DNA from: an uncultured Candidatus Saccharibacteria bacterium | Lineage (GTDB): Bacteria; Patescibacteriota; Saccharimonadia; Saccharimonadales; AWTP1-31 | Length of the DNA: 64,000 nt | Direction of reading: 5' to 3' | NCBI GenBank assembly: GCA_964634445.1 | Contig: CAZWJA010000004.1 | Coordinates: 13,258 to 77,257 of the forward strand | Shown: one piece after another, positions 46,765 to 56,768 of the stretch | Numbering within the stretch: position 1 is the first letter of the stretch | Layout of the letters: each line of letters starts with the position of its first letter | The notes under the pieces: model-generated | The model's input: the letters and a program-made list of their open reading frames with translations, nothing else | What the model was told of the DNA's origin: nothing | Database searches by the model: none | Made by a program: the position numbers and the translations under genes

Positions 46765-49159
46765 CTAGTTTTCCTGGTACGAATATTTCTTTGACAACTT
46801 CTCCGGTAAGATAGACTTTAACATTGTCGTTCTCTTTAGCAGCAGCAATTACATTTTCCTTGCTGCTATCATTCGGCAGCTCAATTTGAGCCCTTAACTT
46901 GCCATTAACCTGTACTACAAAGGTAACTGAATCGTCTTGTAAGTATTCCTGCTTGATTTCCGGCCAGTGGTCTTTATTCACCGAATCGCTGTGTCCCAGC
47001 TGCTGCCAGAGTTCATCTGAAATATGGGGAGCAAATGGAGCATTTGACATAACAATGACTTCCAAAGCTTCCTTCCACTGCGGAGATTTAACAATTGCTG
47101 ACTTGGCTTTTACTAGATACAGTTTATTGACAGCTTCCATACAAGCCGCAATGGCAGTATTAAATCGGTTACCCTCAATATCTTCGGTAGCTTTAGCGGC
47201 TGTCTTGTAGACAATACTCAGAATCTGTTTAGCTACCTTAGGCTCTATTTCTTTTTGATCGGCTTGGTTATATTCCTGGACCAGGTTCCATAACCTGGAT
47301 AGGAATCTATGAGCTCCAGGTACTCCCTGTGAGTCCCATCTAGCACCAAGTTCTAGCGGAGCTGCAAACATTAAGTAGGTCCTCAAAGCATCTGCACCGT
47401 AGCCGCTGTCTATTATTTCCAATGGGTCTGGTCCATTACCTAAAGTCTTAGAAAAAGCACTGCCGTCTTTTGCCGTTACTTTTCCGTTATACAGCATCTG
47501 TCTAAAGGGTTCTTTGAAATCTATTAGACCAATCTTATTAAAGAAGCGGGTGATGAAGCGAGCGTAGAGTAAATGGGCAGTAGCGTGATCGGCTCCGTTG
47601 TAGAAGTCTACCGGCATCCACTTGTTTGCTTGCTCACTTGTAAATATTTCTTCCTGGTTGGTTGGATCCAAGTATCTGAACATATACCAGCTAGAGCATA
47701 CGTATGTATCCATTGTATCTGTCTCACGCTCGGCTGGGCCATCGCATTTAGGACAAGTCGTATTCAGCCAGTCTTTAGCGCGTCCTAGAGCACTTCTGCC
47801 ATCCCCGCTGGGCGCAAAATCAGTTAGTTCAGGCAGTATTACTGGTAGATCTTTCTCACTCAAAACTACTTGCCCGCAATTTGGGCAGTCGACAACTGGA
47901 ATCGGCGCACCCCAATATCTTTGACGCGAGATACTCCAGTCGCGCATCCGGTAGTTGACCTTTACTTTAGCAATTTGATTTTTTTCAAGCTCTCGAACTA
48001 TTTTTTCAATCGCCTGACTGGAATCAAGTCCGTTGTATTGGCCAGAGTTTATTAATTTTCCATCGTCTTCAATTACTTTTCTAGTTTCAAGTTTATGCTT
48101 CTCAGCAAATTCCTGATCCCGCTCGTCGTGAGCTGGAACTGCCATAATTGCACCAGTACCGTAACCTGACAAAACATACTCTGCTATATAGATTGGCAAT
48201 TTTTCATTGTTTACCGGATTAATAGCGTAAGATCCGGTAAATACGCCGGACTTGTCTTTGCTAGCTTGCCGCTGTACTTCAGTTTTTTTAGCTGCCTGCT
48301 TAATATATTCTTTTACTTCGTGTTTCTTTTCTTCTTTTGTTATGTCCAGTACTAAGTCTGAATCTGGCGCCAGAACCATAAAAGTTGCTCCATATATGGT
48401 GTCTGCCCGAGTAGTAAAAACGGTTATTGTTTTATCCGAACCATCAACTTTGAAGTCTATTTCTGCACCTTGGCTGCGTCCAATCCAGTTTTTCTGTGCC
48501 AGCTTTACGCTTTCTGTCCAGTTAAGTTCATCGGTCGCTTCCAGCAGTTCGTCTGCAAAGTCAGTAATCTTAAAAAACCACTGCTTGACTTCTTTTTTCT
48601 CGACGATCAAATCGTCTTTGCCGTCATGGCGCCAGCACTTGCCGTCAATAACCTGCTCATTAGCTAAAACCGTCTGACATTTAGTACACCACCACTGCCA
48701 GCGGCTGTCTTGGTAAGCCAAACCCTGTTCAAACATTTTGATAAAGATCCATTGGGTCCATTTGTAATATTCTGGTTCGCTGGTAGTGATTTCTTTTTCC
48801 CAGTCGTTACTCCAGCCCATTTTTTGGTACTTTTCCTGGTAATCCGGTATTAATGTAGTCATGCTTTCCTGAGGAGAAACACCGGCTTTAATAGCATAGT
48901 TTTCTGCCGGCAGACCGAAAGCATCCCAGCCAACAGGATGGTAGCTTTCATATCCTTGCTGACGCTTGAACCTGGCTTTTACATCACTAATTGTAAAGTT
49001 CATGGCATGCCCGACGTGCAAGTTGCCGCTAGGATAGTTGAACATGCCGAATGAAAAGTACTTCGGCTTGCTGCTATTAAGATTAGCGGTATAGACATTA
49101 GTTTCAGCCCAGATTTTTTGCCATTTGGGCTCAATATCTTTCGGATTATATCTTTTCAT
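46745..49159 (-). CDS. leuS: leucine--tRNA ligase
   Basis: MKRYNPKDIEPKWQKIW start, HIGH-type motif (PSGNLHVGH), and the CP1 editing domain. Start taken at ATG 49159. In-frame ATGs at 49165 and 49198 are alternatives. Confidence 0.92.
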   Translation of the reverse strand: MKRYNPKDIEPKWQKIWAETNVYTANLNSSKPKYFSFGMFNYPSGNLHVGHAMNFTISDVKARFKRQQGYESYHPVGWDAFGLPAENYAIKAGVSPQESMTTLIPDYQEKYQKMGWSNDWEKEITTSEPEYYKWTQWIFIKMFEQGLAYQDSRWQWWCTKCQTVLANEQVIDGKCWRHDGKDDLIVEKKEVKQWFFKITDFADELLEATDELNWTESVKLAQKNWIGRSQGAEIDFKVDGSDKTITVFTTRADTIYGATFMVLAPDSDLVLDITKEEKKHEVKEYIKQAAKKTEVQRQASKDKSGVFTGSYAINPVNNEKLPIYIAEYVLSGYGTGAIMAVPAHDERDQEFAEKHKLETRKVIEDDGKLINSGQYNGLDSSQAIEKIVRELEKNQIAKVKVNYRMRDWSISRQRYWGAPIPVVDCPNCGQVVLSEKDLPVILPELTDFAPSGDGRSALGRAKDWLNTTCPKCDGPAERETDTMDTYVCSSWYMFRYLDPTNQEEIFTSEQANKWMPVDFYNGADHATAHLLYARFITRFFNKIGLIDFKEPFRQMLYNGKVTAKDGSAFSKTLGNGPDPLEIIDSGYGADALRTYLMFAAPLELGARWDSQGVPGAHRFLSRLWNLVQEYNQADQKEIEPKVAKQILSIVYKTAAKATEDIEGNRFNTAIAACMEAVNKLYLVKAKSAIVKSPQWKEALEVIVMSNAPFAPHISDELWQQLGHSDSVNKDHWPEIKQEYLQDDSVTFVVQVNGKLRAQIELPNDSSKENVIAAAKENDNVKVYLTGEVVKEIFVPGKLVNFVVR

Positions 49160-49218
49160 ATTCATATTAAGCCTAACATAACAGAGGTAATACAACAATA
49201 TTTCAGTCTAAATTGAAA

Positions 49219-50133
49219 TTATAATACTGTAAGAAACTTGTTTCTATTCTGGTTCTTTCCGTGAAGCATATCTGAATGAAGTGCCATAAGCTTCCTAGTT
49301 ATTACTCCAGGTTTGCCATCGGCTATTTTCCTGGCATCTATTTCAATCACTGGTGAAATATAAACAGATGTACCAGATGCAAATACTTCATCTGCAATAT
49401 ATAACTCAGTCAGGTCAACCGTTCGCTGGATCACTTCTAGATTTAACTCCTTGGCAATTTCAATAATTGTCTTACGGGTTATTCCTTCTAGTAAATCACT
49501 AGTGCTGCTAGGCGTTATCAGTAGCCCGTTCTTAACTAGAAATATATTTGCTGTCGAAAGTTCACAGACGTGTCCTCGAGAATCTAGAAAGATACAATCG
49601 TCATATCCGCTATCTAAGGCATCTTGGTTAGCAAGGACTGAATTTACGTAGGCTCCATTTACTTTAGCTCTGGCAGGAATAGAAATATCAGGTACTCGAC
49701 GCCACATACTGGTTTTTAGCCTTGCTCCTGTGGCAGGTAGAATCGATTTAGCTGGATAAATAAATATGCTGACGACTGATTTAAGACCTCTCGATTTAGT
49801 ACCAGGTAGCTTATCGGACACGTGTACCGTGGCTCTTACTAAAACGTCTTCATCTACGTTATTAGTCTGAACTAAATCACTTACAACTGACTTGAATTTA
49901 TCTAGCGTCCATACACCTGGAAAAGAATCAATGCCCATTATCTGAGCCGACTCGCACAACCTGTTAAAATGGTTCTCAATTCGAAATGCTGCTAAACCTT
50001 CGTCTGTTTTGCTAACCTGGAAGACTGTATAAATGCTTAAGCCGTAAAGCACAGCTGAGCTTGCGACATGCAGATTTGCATGTGTCGAACTTACTAGTTT
50101 GTCATCAAACCAAATAAAAGAATATTTATCCAT
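49219..50133 (-). CDS. class IV (fold type IV) aminotransferase: branched-chain or D-amino-acid aminotransferase
   Basis: 304 aa with the fold-type-IV layout (...VFEGxR-like N-terminus, E(G)ITR motif as LEGITRKT). Lies next to ddl and murF. Confidence 0.7.
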   Translation of the reverse strand: MDKYSFIWFDDKLVSSTHANLHVASSAVLYGLSIYTVFQVSKTDEGLAAFRIENHFNRLCESAQIMGIDSFPGVWTLDKFKSVVSDLVQTNNVDEDVLVRATVHVSDKLPGTKSRGLKSVVSIFIYPAKSILPATGARLKTSMWRRVPDISIPARAKVNGAYVNSVLANQDALDSGYDDCIFLDSRGHVCELSTANIFLVKNGLLITPSSTSDLLEGITRKTIIEIAKELNLEVIQRTVDLTELYIADEVFASGTSVYISPVIEIDARKIADGKPGVITRKLMALHSDMLHGKNQNRNKFLTVL

Positions 50134-50137
50134 ATTA

Positions 50138-51301
50138 TTAAAACTGTTTTAGGAAGTTAGTATTAAATGCGGTTTGTTTACGAGCCTCTTTAGCGTGTTT
50201 TTCAAATGCATAGTCGATCAGCTTGGTTACCAATTCGACTGCCGAATAGCCCTTAGCCCGCCAGTTGTGAGCATACAGGCTGCCTGGCAATGGATTTACT
50301 TCGTTGAACATGACTTTTTTAGTTTTGCTGTCTATAAGCATATCTACTCTAGCAATTCCAGAGCAGCCTATTGCTTTGTAAACGTCGATTCCTAACTGCT
50401 CAGCTTTGCTATATAAGTCTTCTGGAAGATCAGCTGGTATTTTACTGTAGCCTTGAGCACCAACTTTAGCCGTGCCAATTTTCTTGCCCTTGCCTTGGTT
50501 CATATATTTGGTATCGAAATCAAAGAAGTTCTCCGACTCAGTGAGCGGCTGTTCAAGGTAAGACGGAATCGGGTTATCATTGCCCATGATAGGCAAGGTT
50601 ACTTCTATTAGGTTTTTAACTCCTTCTTCGACTATGACTTTATCGTCGAAATGGACAGCAACTTCCAGTGCGTTCATGAGCCCGTCTTTATTTTCAACTT
50701 TGCTGATACCAATACTAGATCCTAACCGAGCAGGCTTTACAAATAAAGGATATTTTAGCTGCTCAATCTTTTTTAATACGTCATTAGGTCTTTCTGACAA
50801 TTCATTGGCGTTAAACCAAACCCACGGTGTACTGGCTATGCCGCAGCTGGCCGTAACTTGCTTTGATAGTACTTTGTCCATGGCAACCGCACTGGCACTG
50901 ACACCGCATCCGACATAGGCAACGTTGGCCATTTCCAGTATTCCCATTAATTCGCCGTCTTCACCGTGAGTACCGTGCATAGCTGAAAATACGACATCGA
51001 TTTTCTTATATGACTTGCGTCCGGCAAACTGGCTTGACTTCACTAAAGTCAGACCGTTATCGAACAGGATATGAGTTTTAGAGGCTTTTTTAATATAATC
51101 TTCAATATCACCACTCTGGAATAATTTGATGTCATTCAGCTTCTTATCCCAAAACCAAGACCCGTCCTTGGAAATATACACCGGTTCGACGTCATATTCT
51201 TTACTGATTATTAAGGGCTTAATGATACTGGCAAGGGCGGTAACTATTGAAACATCGTGTTCAGCCGACCGGCCGCCAAAAATAACTGCTACTGTTTTCA
51301 T
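50138..51301 (-). CDS. ddl: D-alanine--D-alanine ligase
   Basis: VIFGGRSAEHDVS start, ATP-grasp core, and C-terminal NEVNPLPG. Confidence 0.9.
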   Translation of the reverse strand: MKTVAVIFGGRSAEHDVSIVTALASIIKPLIISKEYDVEPVYISKDGSWFWDKKLNDIKLFQSGDIEDYIKKASKTHILFDNGLTLVKSSQFAGRKSYKKIDVVFSAMHGTHGEDGELMGILEMANVAYVGCGVSASAVAMDKVLSKQVTASCGIASTPWVWFNANELSERPNDVLKKIEQLKYPLFVKPARLGSSIGISKVENKDGLMNALEVAVHFDDKVIVEEGVKNLIEVTLPIMGNDNPIPSYLEQPLTESENFFDFDTKYMNQGKGKKIGTAKVGAQGYSKIPADLPEDLYSKAEQLGIDVYKAIGCSGIARVDMLIDSKTKKVMFNEVNPLPGSLYAHNWRAKGYSAVELVTKLIDYAFEKHAKEARKQTAFNTNFLKQF

Positions 51302-51350
51302 AAACTAAGTATAACAACAATTAATAAATAATATATACAATTAAATGCGA

Positions 51351-52790
51351 TTAATTGTAATTATCAGTCCAATCATTCTGCATTAGAATTACATCGCCAA
51401 CAGCAATTAACTGGTCCAGATTTGTATAAAAATCCAACGGTTCGTTCTCTATGACGATTTTACCCTTATATCCCTCCTTTGTTAGACCGTCTTGTATCCA
51501 TTTGGTTACAGAATTCTTCATTAGTACCACTTGCGTAGGATTAGCATCAGCAATAAGACCACCCATTTGCCTATGTACTTTTTCCGATTCTTCACCTTGA
51601 TCGACTAGACCTGGAGTAACGTATATTTTACGCGTAGCGTCTAATTCCTTGAGCAAAGCAAGTCCAGCCCGGATACCCTCTAGATTTCCATTGTATGTAT
51701 CGTCAATTACCCAACCGCCGGCCAGCATCCTGGGCTGCATACGGTGCTCGAAAGGTGCTGTTTTAGCAATACCGGACTTAATTTGCTCGGCTGTTAAGTC
51801 TAATTTGTCGGCAATTACTACGCACAAAGCTAAAGGACCAACTAAATGGCGTCCAATGAGACCGCTAGTCAGTTTTAGTTTTTGCTTGTTTTTAGTCATG
51901 ACAAATTCTAAACCATCTATTTTGACTTCAATATCCGAGATTTTCCAGCTGTCTGCCTTTTCATGGTCGTAAGTTATATGCGTAGGTTTAATATATTTGC
52001 TGGCATCGCTCGATTCATTGTTGACGTAGACATTTTCGTCTTTTAAATAGACAGCTAGAGAAAATATATCTTTGGCTGCTGCATCTAGAGTTTTATATTT
52101 GTCCAGATGGGCTGGAGCAATGCCGGTAATAATACCAATATCCGGCTGGGTTGTTTCAGAGAATCTTTCTACGTCGCCCGGTTCACCTTCTCCGTATTCG
52201 ATAATAACTACTTCTTCGTCTCCGGATAGACGGCTAGCAAAAGCTGCATGCGAAACTGCCACATTCTTGTTGGCCGGCGTAGCTGCCACACGCTTGCCTT
52301 CGCTTAATACTGTTAACAGCAGTTCTTTGACTGTAGTTTTACCGTAGCTGCCGGCAACCGCTATTTTTACGGCGTTATGCTGCCCGAACAACTGTTTGGA
52401 TCTAGACATCAGCTTACGTTCTTTCGGCTTAACAACTGCGAATCGGGCAACTAGTAAAGGCAGGGTGATCAGATGAGCCCATACAACCGGATATGCCCCG
52501 ATAATGATTATTCCAATAATTAAATGTGTATTGTTTCTGCTTGAAACAGAAAATATTGCTATCAATAGGCCTATCAGAATTTGCAGCAAGATACCGAGAT
52601 TTAATGCAAGCAGCAGCAGTTTTGCGGCTTTTGTTTTTTGCAAACTTCTTCTTTTGGCGACATGTCTAAAGTCATCCGTTCGCCAATACCATTTCAAATA
52701 AGTACCAACCTGGTACTCAGTGCTTTGAAGCATGTAAATTATATTCCTAGGAAAAGTTGGTGAATATAGAGACAGCAAGCCTTTTATCAT
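51351..52790 (-). CDS. murF: MurF-like Mur ligase with N-terminal two-helix membrane region
   Basis: P-loop AGSYGKTT and DDTYNGNLEGIRAGLALL (MurF-type DDSYNANP-like motif). Two long hydrophobic stretches lie in the first ~120 aa. Confidence 0.7.
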   Translation of the reverse strand: MIKGLLSLYSPTFPRNIIYMLQSTEYQVGTYLKWYWRTDDFRHVAKRRSLQKTKAAKLLLLALNLGILLQILIGLLIAIFSVSSRNNTHLIIGIIIIGAYPVVWAHLITLPLLVARFAVVKPKERKLMSRSKQLFGQHNAVKIAVAGSYGKTTVKELLLTVLSEGKRVAATPANKNVAVSHAAFASRLSGDEEVVIIEYGEGEPGDVERFSETTQPDIGIITGIAPAHLDKYKTLDAAAKDIFSLAVYLKDENVYVNNESSDASKYIKPTHITYDHEKADSWKISDIEVKIDGLEFVMTKNKQKLKLTSGLIGRHLVGPLALCVVIADKLDLTAEQIKSGIAKTAPFEHRMQPRMLAGGWVIDDTYNGNLEGIRAGLALLKELDATRKIYVTPGLVDQGEESEKVHRQMGGLIADANPTQVVLMKNSVTKWIQDGLTKEGYKGKIVIENEPLDFYTNLDQLIAVGDVILMQNDWTDNYN

Positions 52791-53533
52791 TTTAGAAACC
52801 CTGTTATTAACTGGCTAAGCTGAGTGGTATTTTCGGTCGGCAGCATATGCCCAGCGTTAGGTATAATTTCTAGTTTAGATCCAGATATTTTATCTTTAAA
52901 GATTCGGGCATATGACAGTGGTGTTGACTGGTCGTTTTCCCCGTATATAAGTAGTGTTGGTATTTTAATCTTTTCAGCATCACTGCGGACGTCGTCTTCG
53001 ACAACCCGCTTGAATGTTTCCTGCAAATGCTCGGCAACCAGCATGTCGGATCCGATCGATGTGTATACTTTTTGTCTCAGTTTGTTTTTTATCCTACTAG
53101 GCAGCGGCGTTGTAGCCAGTTTACCGGCTTTAGTTATGTACCTCAAAGCCTTAACCCGCCCCTTATATGTGTTTCTTATCCCTGCTGACGCAATTAGTAC
53201 TAGCCTGTTGGACTTAATTCCACTAGCCAGTCCCCGGATGGCAATTGCCCCGCCATTAGAATGACCAACGACAGCGTAGACATCCAATTTAAGCTTTTCG
53301 ATAAAGTGATGTACGAAGATGCTGTATTCGTTTATACCCCATGTCTCAAGTGGCGGCTGAGTTCCGCCGAAACCAGGCAAATCGATTGCTACAACCTTAT
53401 ATTCAGAATCGAGAGTATTTATTAACGCATCTAACCCTTTAATGCTATCGCCCCAGCCGTGAAGCAGCAATATAGTCTTGCCTTTGCCTGACAGGTGATA
53501 GTTTGTTAAAAGCGAGTCAACCACCACCTGCAT
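52787..53533 (-). CDS. alpha/beta-fold hydrolase
   Basis: HGWGDS oxyanion region and nucleophile elbow GHSNGG, with a C-terminal GH. 248 aa. Confidence 0.8.
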   Translation of the reverse strand: MQVVVDSLLTNYHLSGKGKTILLLHGWGDSIKGLDALINTLDSEYKVVAIDLPGFGGTQPPLETWGINEYSIFVHHFIEKLKLDVYAVVGHSNGGAIAIRGLASGIKSNRLVLIASAGIRNTYKGRVKALRYITKAGKLATTPLPSRIKNKLRQKVYTSIGSDMLVAEHLQETFKRVVEDDVRSDAEKIKIPTLLIYGENDQSTPLSYARIFKDKISGSKLEIIPNAGHMLPTENTTQLSQLITGFLK

Positions 53534-53537
53534 AACG

Positions 53538-54458
53538 TTACTGGATTTCTTGTACTTTTTGTTGAAGATCGGCTGCGGAGATTGTTTTACTTGGCAAGCT
53601 GACTGGAGTATTTATGCCGTAGGCTGAGTAGGTTTCAATTTGATCACCTGAATACTCTATTCGAATCAGCTGGCGGGAAATCTTATCTACAGTCAGCTTA
53701 ATTTCAACCGGTGGCTGGTCTTTGTATGAGCTAGGGTCAAGGTTAGCCAGGTCTGACAGACCGATTTGCTTGGCTACAATTTGGACAGCTTGGACATATG
53801 CCTCTAGGTTTACTTTGACTGGGTATACTAAAGCCGACTTCCCGTTTATCTTAAGCGGCTTTACTTCAGAGTAATTTACGTCGTAGGCTTTTTTATCTTG
53901 AATCAGCTTTATAGCTTGCTGCCTGGTGTTGCCGTCTAGATTTGCAAACAGCATTAGGCCGAGCGCAGATTGGCTAAAATATTGTGGCTTTTCCTGTAGC
54001 GGATCTGATTTGCTCCAGATATTTTGGATTGAAGAGTAGTCAAGGGCTTTGCCGGCTTGATTCTTTTGATTAGTCTTGATGGTCAAATATTTAGAATAGT
54101 CTTCTCGCAGAGTTCCAATTGTTTCGGTTGAGACTTCATTGTTCTGCCCGTTTTCCGATTGCTTAATGCTGACAACTGATCTGACTGAGTTTTCTGGTAC
54201 AAAACTAAGGGTTTCGACCCGTTTCTGGTCGGCACCGTTTTCATTAGTATTAGTTTCTCTAGTGACACTGCTAGTAGACAGATTGTTTGTGAGCATCCCG
54301 TTAAAGACGTTGTGCGGGCTGTTATATATATTTTTCCACCAACCAAAGAGAGCGAAGGAGAAAATTAGTAAGGCCAGTATTAGAATAGATGCGGTCTTGT
54401 GAGCGATTACAAAAGGCAGGTCGTCTTTATCTGTTGTACTCGGTGTTATTTTCGGCAT
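53538..54458 (-). CDS. membrane-anchored hypothetical protein
   Basis: 306 aa with one N-terminal TM (ASILILALLIFSFALFGWW). No motif recognised. Confidence 0.55.
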   Translation of the reverse strand: MPKITPSTTDKDDLPFVIAHKTASILILALLIFSFALFGWWKNIYNSPHNVFNGMLTNNLSTSSVTRETNTNENGADQKRVETLSFVPENSVRSVVSIKQSENGQNNEVSTETIGTLREDYSKYLTIKTNQKNQAGKALDYSSIQNIWSKSDPLQEKPQYFSQSALGLMLFANLDGNTRQQAIKLIQDKKAYDVNYSEVKPLKINGKSALVYPVKVNLEAYVQAVQIVAKQIGLSDLANLDPSSYKDQPPVEIKLTVDKISRQLIRIEYSGDQIETYSAYGINTPVSLPSKTISAADLQQKVQEIQ

Positions 54459-54512
54459 GTAGCTATTGTAGCGTATGTACGAATAAGATTACAGCTAGAC
54501 TATAATGTATTC

Positions 54513-55694
54513 ATGACCACACCGCTCGCAGAACAACTCAGACCAGAAAACTTAAACGATGTTTTAGGCCAGGATCACGTTGTCGGAACAAATAAGCTAA
54601 TTAATCAGATTATTTCCAATAAACGTCCGGTCAGCCTTATACTTTGGGGTCCGCCCGGCACGGGCAAGACAACATTGGCTAGGATAATAGCCAAAGAAAC
54701 CGGGTCGGACTGGATAGAATTAAGCGCCGTAACTGCCGGAGTCGCGGATGTTCGTAAAGTCGTCGAACATGCCAGGCAGAACGAAAGGTTGCAGATTCCT
54801 ACGCTTTTATTCGTAGATGAAATACACCGGTTTAACAAATCTCAGCAAGATGCATTCTTGCCCCACGTTGAAAGCGGACTTATCACTTTGATCGGTGCAA
54901 CAACTGAAAATCCTAGTTTTGAAATAATCACTCCATTACTTTCCAGAAGTAGGGTGGTAGTACTTGAACCGTTATCTAAAAATACAATTATTAAGTTGTT
55001 GAAAAAAGGGGCTAAATTACTAAACCTTAGTTCAAAGCAGCTGCCTAAAGATTCAATTGATTTGATTGCCGAGCTATCCGGTGGCGATGGCCGTGTTGCG
55101 CTCGGAAACTTGGAAGTCGCCCACCAGTTAGCTGGGTCTAAGACTATTACCAAAGAGATTGTCCAAACTGCAGCTCAAAAACGAATCCCGGGCTACGACA
55201 AAAACGGTGAAAACCATTACAACCTGATCAGCGCTTTTATCAAATCAATGCGCGGCAGTGATTCTAATGCTGCCCTATACTATTTAGTCAGAATTCTCCA
55301 AGCCGGTGAAGATCCAAAGTTTATAGCCCGAAGAATGGTTATTTTTGCCAGCGAAGATATCGGTATGGCAGCACCCGCAGCATTGAATATTGCCGTAAGT
55401 ACGTTTCAGGCTGTTATCCAGATCGGGATGCCCGAAGCCCAATACAATTTGTACCACTGCGCAGTTGTAATGTCTAAATCTCCAAAATCAAGAACTGTTG
55501 CCGATGCCATGAATAAGGCAATAAGTCTCGCTAAAGATTATCCTGACTTGCCGGTACCAATTCATTTGAGAAATGCGTCTACTAAACTACTGGCTGACCT
55601 TGGTTACGGTAAAGATTACAAATGGGAAGCTGAATTTAAACATGCTAAAGGTTTTCTACCTCAAGAAATACAAGATCACAAAATAATTGATTAA
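54513..55694 (+). CDS. rarA: replication-associated recombination protein A (MgsA/RarA AAA+ ATPase)
   Basis: MTTPLAEQLRPENLNDVLGQ start, Walker A GPPGTGKTT, Walker B LFVDEIHRFNK, and a C-terminal MgsA domain. The track start at 54399 is an over-extension across the divergent promoter region. Confidence 0.9.
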   Translation: MTTPLAEQLRPENLNDVLGQDHVVGTNKLINQIISNKRPVSLILWGPPGTGKTTLARIIAKETGSDWIELSAVTAGVADVRKVVEHARQNERLQIPTLLFVDEIHRFNKSQQDAFLPHVESGLITLIGATTENPSFEIITPLLSRSRVVVLEPLSKNTIIKLLKKGAKLLNLSSKQLPKDSIDLIAELSGGDGRVALGNLEVAHQLAGSKTITKEIVQTAAQKRIPGYDKNGENHYNLISAFIKSMRGSDSNAALYYLVRILQAGEDPKFIARRMVIFASEDIGMAAPAALNIAVSTFQAVIQIGMPEAQYNLYHCAVVMSKSPKSRTVADAMNKAISLAKDYPDLPVPIHLRNASTKLLADLGYGKDYKWEAEFKHAKGFLPQEIQDHKIID

Positions 55695-55769
55695 CCACCT
55701 ATTACCTGTCAACTTAGTAGCCTAAAACTACTAAATATTGTACAATCAATCAGTTAATTTAATTAATTT

Positions 55770-55846
55770 GGGGCCATAGCTCAGTTGATTAGAGCGCTTC
55801 GCTGGCAGCGAAGAGGTCCGGGGTTTGAGTCCCCGTGGCTCCACCA
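55770..55846 (+). tRNA. tRNA-Ala (anticodon GGC), CCA encoded
   Basis: Hand-folded. Acceptor GGGGCCA/TGGCTCC with the G3:U70 identity pair, D arm GCTC-AGTTGATTA-GAGC, anticodon stem CTTCG/CGAAG with loop CTGGCAG, T arm CGGGG-TTTGAGT-CCCCG, then ACCA. Confidence 0.9.
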
Positions 55847-55853
55847 TATAAAG

Positions 55854-55887
55854 ATATCCTGCTTTTTAAGACAGGATATTTTTATTT
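55854..55887 (+). terminator. rho-independent terminator after tRNA-Ala
   Basis: ATATCCTG, a 10-nt loop, then CAGGATAT followed by TTTTTATTT. Confidence 0.7.
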
Positions 55888-55994
55888 CGTGCGCGCCCAC
55901 CCTGCGGCGGGTGCTAACTTTTATTTTTGTTTTATATTTGCAAGCGCCGCGGAGCGCACGATCTGTAATAATCATAACCTTTATTGCTATGCTG

Positions 55995-56711
55995 TCAAGA
56001 CCTTAGTTTGTTAGTCTTATGATCAAGTTCATTTGGTAGTATGCCAAAAACCAGTATGAAGGCAAACAACACGGCAAAGCCGCACAGGATAGATGGAATA
56101 CCGCTGGTTGTTTCCGGTTTGAAGCTATTGAGTAGCGTTGTTGGAATAATGAAAACTAAATACCCGATAACCAGCATACCCAGACTTTCTCTTTGCCTCT
56201 GCTTTACTTGCTTCATTAAACGAAGATTCAAGATAATACCAGCTAAAAGCCAGAAATAATAATGGATAAAGTAATATACTCCAACTTGGTGGTTTACATG
56301 GAAGATAATGTAATTACCACCGCAGGTATGATTCGAGAAAATTCGCTCCGTAAAGCCGAACAACAATATAAATACTAAGGCTGTCGCATAAGCAAGATAT
56401 CTTAACAGCTTGATGTCTTTCTTAGCAATAACCATAGCCAGGTGTATACCAAGAGGTGGCAGGGTTGCAATTACCATGAATCCAATTCTAGACCAGGTTT
56501 CGGCATGCAGACCTAGTCCCCCACAGACGTTATATTCGGCCATCTGAAATGCGGCCAAAAAGAAAAGCAGCACTGCAGCGATTTGGCCAATTTTTGTACG
56601 CTTATATTTCCAAAGCGTGTAGAACATTAGTACAAGTTCTATTGATGCAGTTGCGATCATTACAGGCGGCGAGAAACAATAAGTTTTTAAGCCCCGTTTG
56701 TTTAGATACAT
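55995..56711 (-). CDS. polytopic (about 7-TM) membrane protein, unknown function
   Basis: 238 aa made of successive hydrophobic helices. No soluble domain. Confidence 0.55.
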   Translation of the reverse strand: MYLNKRGLKTYCFSPPVMIATASIELVLMFYTLWKYKRTKIGQIAAVLLFFLAAFQMAEYNVCGGLGLHAETWSRIGFMVIATLPPLGIHLAMVIAKKDIKLLRYLAYATALVFILLFGFTERIFSNHTCGGNYIIFHVNHQVGVYYFIHYYFWLLAGIILNLRLMKQVKQRQRESLGMLVIGYLVFIIPTTLLNSFKPETTSGIPSILCGFAVLFAFILVFGILPNELDHKTNKLRS

Positions 56712-56768
56712 TAGTTAAAACTTTACAGCTTTACTATTTTGCCGTCAAATTGCTTATATTTATTTCAC

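Noticed and set aside
55781-56006. Two track ORFs (64 aa minus, 73 aa plus) after rarA
   Set aside because: Both run through the tRNA-Ala gene and its terminator hairpins, so they are not coding.
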